DNA from: Phoronis australis
Lineage: Eukaryota > Animalia > Phoronida
Length of the DNA: 64,000 nucleotides
NCBI GenBank assembly: GCA_002633005.1
Contig: NMRA01000272.1
Span: forward strand, 186,001-250,000
Reading direction: 5' to 3'
The notes beneath the pieces were generated by a model. It was given only the letters and a program-made list of their open reading frames with translations, searched no databases and was not told where the DNA came from. Shown here one piece after another: positions 62,301 through 64,000 of this stretch (positions are counted from its first letter, which is position 1; the number at the start of each line of letters is the position of its first letter). The position numbers and the translations under genes were made by a program.

Positions 62301-64000
62301 TTTCAAATGCTTGCTGTAATGCTGTCGGCGTTGTTGCGGCTGAAAAGTTGATACATTTATGCATATGTCTTCCAGGACTAAGAGTTTTCAGATAATTGTG
62401 AATTGTTACAGACTTGGCCGTCCCTTGTTCACCAATTAGGAGAACTGGCTTGTCTTGTTTGTTGAGTGTTTTTACCAGGAATGTCGTTCGAGTACTATCC
62501 ATGTTAGGAACAATAATAGATGAGAATTCTGGAGTGCGATCTTTTGGATATACGTACGCGCTTACGTACATTGACCAATGTTCCCATTCGCCCTTACTAC
62601 CAACGAAATAGTCAAAAAATGACTTTGTAGCTGAAGGTAGGTGGATAACATCCCTAAACGTTTCCATGCATTCTTGTAACTTTGCTCTGTCGTCGTGATC
62701 CAGCAAAGCACCCAGGCTCCACATCAAGCTAAATGTAAACAATTTTTCCAGATGCAATTTTGTCCTTATTTGATAATATCGGTACTGAGGAATGAGCCCC
62801 TGAAGCAGATTACATGCCTGAACAATATAATTACACTGCATTACAGGCATTTTAGTATGTAGGTAGTGGGTGACGTAGTCGTACATTTCTCCAAAAACCT
62901 TTTCGAACAAGTCAGAGAATACCGATACCTCGCGTTGGTTTCTTGTTTTCAACCAACCTTTCAAAATTGGTTTCCAGTCTAGCACAGTAGACCCCATGTA
63001 AACCATACCGCATCGGGATACTGTAGCCGGCGAAGCATTACCTATGTTCTGTACCTCAAAAAGGACTTTTGAGTTTGGATCCATGGGAAGTCGGTCACCA
63101 TTTGCAAGAGTCAGTCTTTTGTTATCGTCAAGGACGGAATTCAAATTTTCAATCCACGTAGAATCGACTGGGCCGTCAATGGTAATCCACCACGTGTGAT
63201 TAGGTTTTTTCAGTTTCAAACAGCGCCTCCAAACAGTGGAAAATACTCCATCTGACCAATCATTAGTTATTACATCCAAGTAACCAAACAACTGGCATGT
63301 TGATATAGACTTTGGATTCATCCGGATATTTTTATGAGGTTGCCCGATATCTGATAACGATTTCGCCAGAGTTTCTATACAGCACGATTTTCCGGAACCA
63401 CTCGGACCCAGTATCATAATACCGTGACGGACGTTAGAGGTTTCATACAGTTGAATTATTTTCATGTGCCATGGCTTATGATTTATCAGATTAGATTCCT
63501 CAACATTCTTTGCAATCGCAGATGACAACAAAGGATAGGATTGACTGTCATGACGATGTTCAGGAAACAAGTTGTCAAGTAGTAATAAGAACAATGGCTC
63601 GTCATCGTCTGTCATCTTTGATAAATTTATGGTTCGCAAAGTTTCAAAAACTATTTCACTCTCTATCTTGTCTGGAAATGCTATCTTCTTTGATGCCAGT
63701 GTGCGCAAAACGGACAAAACGTTCCTTAGTCCGAAATCATAGTGAATTTGCTTAGATAATTGCTCTTCACACACTTTATACAAAGTGTCGAATTTCTGTG
63801 CTAAGTGCTCATTTTCCAAGTAACCACAACTTGCAAGCTTGACTCTAATGATTATTTGCCTATCGGGCACCATCATTGCTGTCGTTCTGAACTGCTCCTT
63901 CAAGTTTTGTGGCAGAACGTATCTACCGACGTATCCTGGATTCATTGTCGTGAAGATGCCACATCGATGGTTTAATGGCAGCATATTCCCATCTATAAAC
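56377..64000 (-). CDS. Axonemal dynein heavy chain, DNAH5/DNAH8 (outer-arm gamma) type, divergent, intronless over the visible part; 5'-truncated by the window edge
   Basis: Single ORF of >2535 aa with frame still open at 64000 (FIDGN before the annotated Met). End of AAA1 (MNPGY, HYDFGLRN), AAA2 GPSGSGKS, AAA3 GEQGTAKS, AAA4 GIEGSGKQ, stalk and microtubule-binding domain (PPHLIMRIMDC, VCGDVAGLLSWT), AAA5 IDPQGQA, AAA6 LSTGSDPT/SMGQGQE/GGWVLLQNCHL, C-terminal WVLRGVAALC. Confidence 0.93.
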   Translation of the reverse strand, partial: FIDGNMLPLNHRCGIFTTMNPGYVGRYVLPQNLKEQFRTTAMMVPDRQIIIRVKLASCGYLENEHLAQKFDTLYKVCEEQLSKQIHYDFGLRNVLSVLRTLASKKIAFPDKIESEIVFETLRTINLSKMTDDDEPLFLLLLDNLFPEHRHDSQSYPLLSSAIAKNVEESNLINHKPWHMKIIQLYETSNVRHGIMILGPSGSGKSCCIETLAKSLSDIGQPHKNIRMNPKSISTCQLFGYLDVITNDWSDGVFSTVWRRCLKLKKPNHTWWITIDGPVDSTWIENLNSVLDDNKRLTLANGDRLPMDPNSKVLFEVQNIGNASPATVSRCGMVYMGSTVLDWKPILKGWLKTRNQREVSVFSDLFEKVFGEMYDYVTHYLHTKMPVMQCNYIVQACNLLQGLIPQYRYYQIRTKLHLEKLFTFSLMWSLGALLDHDDRAKLQECMETFRDVIHLPSATKSFFDYFVGSKGEWEHWSMYVSAYVYPKDRTPEFSSIIVPNMDSTRTTFLVKTLNKQDKPVLLIGEQGTAKSVTIHNYLKTLSPGRHMHKCINFSAATTPTALQQAFENYVEKRIGNTYGPPGSRKLVLFVDDLSMPAIDENGDQITNELLRQTIEDNGFYNLRRPGDFMNIVDVQIVAAMIQPGGGRNDIPQRLKRHFSLFNCTMPSAESIDRLFRIIATGYFRRTLFNESVCQIIPRLVKSTRRLQEMTKQHMSPTPIKFHYVFNLRDLSRIWEGILQVHPSQCQDVVALLKLWRHECNRVLSDRFINNSDMEWFDSTMDQILNTELGTSLEITSSSEYFVDFMSNHNLYSPRTIDTIVEKLKEYVQMYANFNPQFDMIVFSDCAKHVARMSRILHINRGSALLIGIEGSGKQHVAKLASFIAGYDFFQIELTNTYNSDSFAEDLKNLYRIAGLHNTGVTFFFSENDTKDESFLEYFNNMLGTGEVPSLFTFTERECIIDDFVKITKKERLMKGQELAEDQLGDQQIYDTFLSRVRNNLHIVLAFSPIGDTLRRRILKFPKLFSGCTVDWYNRWPREGLIDVATTFLKSYDVHKIKPGLETFMSEAFEDMYGFSQDYLAKFRRHTRFTPQTFLTSLKEYKRLHKAKYHELNDSLVRVNSGLQKLNESTVALDLLSKELEIKERELLKANLRADYVLKVMTSSAKEAERVKITVQHVKDKAQSIVDAIVTEKSGAEEKLVAAQPSIDAAENALRTIKPIHIATVKKLPKPPHLIMRIMDCTLLLFQKKIDPVTMDPEKPCPKPSWTESLKMISNTGFLASLVNFPRDQINDEIVELMSPYMDMKDYNFAHAKKVCGDVAGLLSWTVAMAGFYAMNKEVLPLKSNLLVLQQKFISAELELNECQKKLEETEKQLASAKQQYADADKEKQVLQHEAEVCKQKSQTSSMLIEGLYGERERWTELSQKFHIMIQNLVGDTALATTFITYAGPFNRVFRTLLHSHWMEKICRFEIDHTENINTEGFFIDMCKAIEWHVQGLPNDDHSIQNAVIATKSYKYPLIIDPQGQAKSWIKKMESTRDIQISSVTHRYLKNHLEESLAFGRPLLVENVSEEIDSIFSRVLQKQFVDCGLVKKVQIEDKYCDAMPGFYLYLTTTLPNPNFDPKVCASTSIVDFTVTQKGLEEQLLARLMKTEKRDLEMTKVALMENVARNKRKIKQLEDDLLLRLTSTEGSLIEDETLALVLQKTRTTATDIGEKLNKSEITTANINKAREQFRPVAERGSLLYFLICEMGAVNVMYQTSIYQFLQLFDRSLSQSRKTPITHQRVINISEYMTFAAFRYTCRGLYEVDKFVFMFLLAVKLDMTRSMISKEDLDIMIYGGASLNVNKVATKPCVCRWIEDEAWLNLTMLSSTRRFSGILEAIEKHDKLWKDWVSKPTPETEVIPNEFDYLNDFSKLLLIRCLCPERCLAQARIYVSSCLGERYAEPVTLDLMDTWKESDKNTPLLCLLSTGSDPTSQIETLSKRLNVECKTVSMGQGQETHARALIKSHMLNGGWVLLQNCHLGLSFMDELYDLISEEESIHNSFRVWMTTHEHVQFSRNLLQCSIKFTNEHPYKMREGLKRAVANIGDDLLQFSDLPSWKPLLYAVSFLHSAVQKRCTFGTLGWSIPYEFSNADWTTTVMFLKNHLDDIEPRRSVSWETIRYMIGHIHFGGKMKDDFDKRILLTYVDIWFSDQLLKEGFKFCLDYDLPSNIASRATLEQYIDTLPSYENPQVVGLHENADIFCNRMLTKQVLNTILSIQPKYETGFHDVKEGTVYAHIKEMMQKMPNEFVEFDVKERLRIKGILQPLNIFLKQEITCMQKLISEVKATLTDLQMAINGNIVMDPNLRDAFDNLCNASVPNNWKKISWDSSSIGFWMADLIERYNQLFKWLFHDRPTIFWPSGFFNPQAFLTTIRQEAIRANKGWELDSVKLHNEVLKVFKEDIKAPPTGGVYAYGLYLEGAAWDKKYSRLIECQAKVTTVKLPVVHFIAINKSISSDHSIYFCPLYKTPKRTDIAFVTCLALKTIPDPRMWVLRGVAALCNTT

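Noticed and set aside
56754-63755. Short ORFs overlapping the dynein gene in other frames or antisense
   Set aside because: Expected shadows of a long coding sequence; no independent motifs.
63982-63984. Annotated Met as dynein start codon
   Set aside because: Frame stays open to the window edge and the position is inside AAA1; the true start is upstream.

Overview
Eukaryotic (animal) genomic DNA, AT-rich and intron-rich; the gene content and repeat types suggest a bilaterian invertebrate, probably lophotrochozoan/mollusc-like (inference). Four protein-coding genes can be rebuilt by hand. (1) The 3' part of FRAS1 (+, 31 exons, 686-28538; CSPG repeats, five Calx-beta domains, transmembrane helix, C-terminal GTEV). 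(2) A complete MAD1/MAD1L1 spindle-checkpoint gene (-, 15 coding exons, about 730 aa, plus a 5'UTR exon) whose last two introns appear to be GC-AG. (3) NOL12 (+, 4 exons, 182 aa), head-to-head with MAD1 across a very short shared promoter. (4) At least 7.6 kb of uninterrupted ORF encoding the motor half of a divergent DNAH5/DNAH8-type axonemal dynein heavy chain (-), running off the right edge. Introns carry MITEs/foldback elements, Helentron-associated (DINE-1/HINE-like) elements, and CR1/L2, Hero and Penelope remnants. Best leads: the intronless, unevenly diverged dynein heavy chain (candidate giant retrogene); repeated tandem duplication of exon ends together with their 5' splice sites; a transposon-borne periodic array of CTCF-like motifs; a 660-bp foldback beside the bidirectional promoter. 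No prokaryotic-type system, CRISPR array, rRNA or tRNA is evident. All family assignments are from recalled motifs, not database searches.
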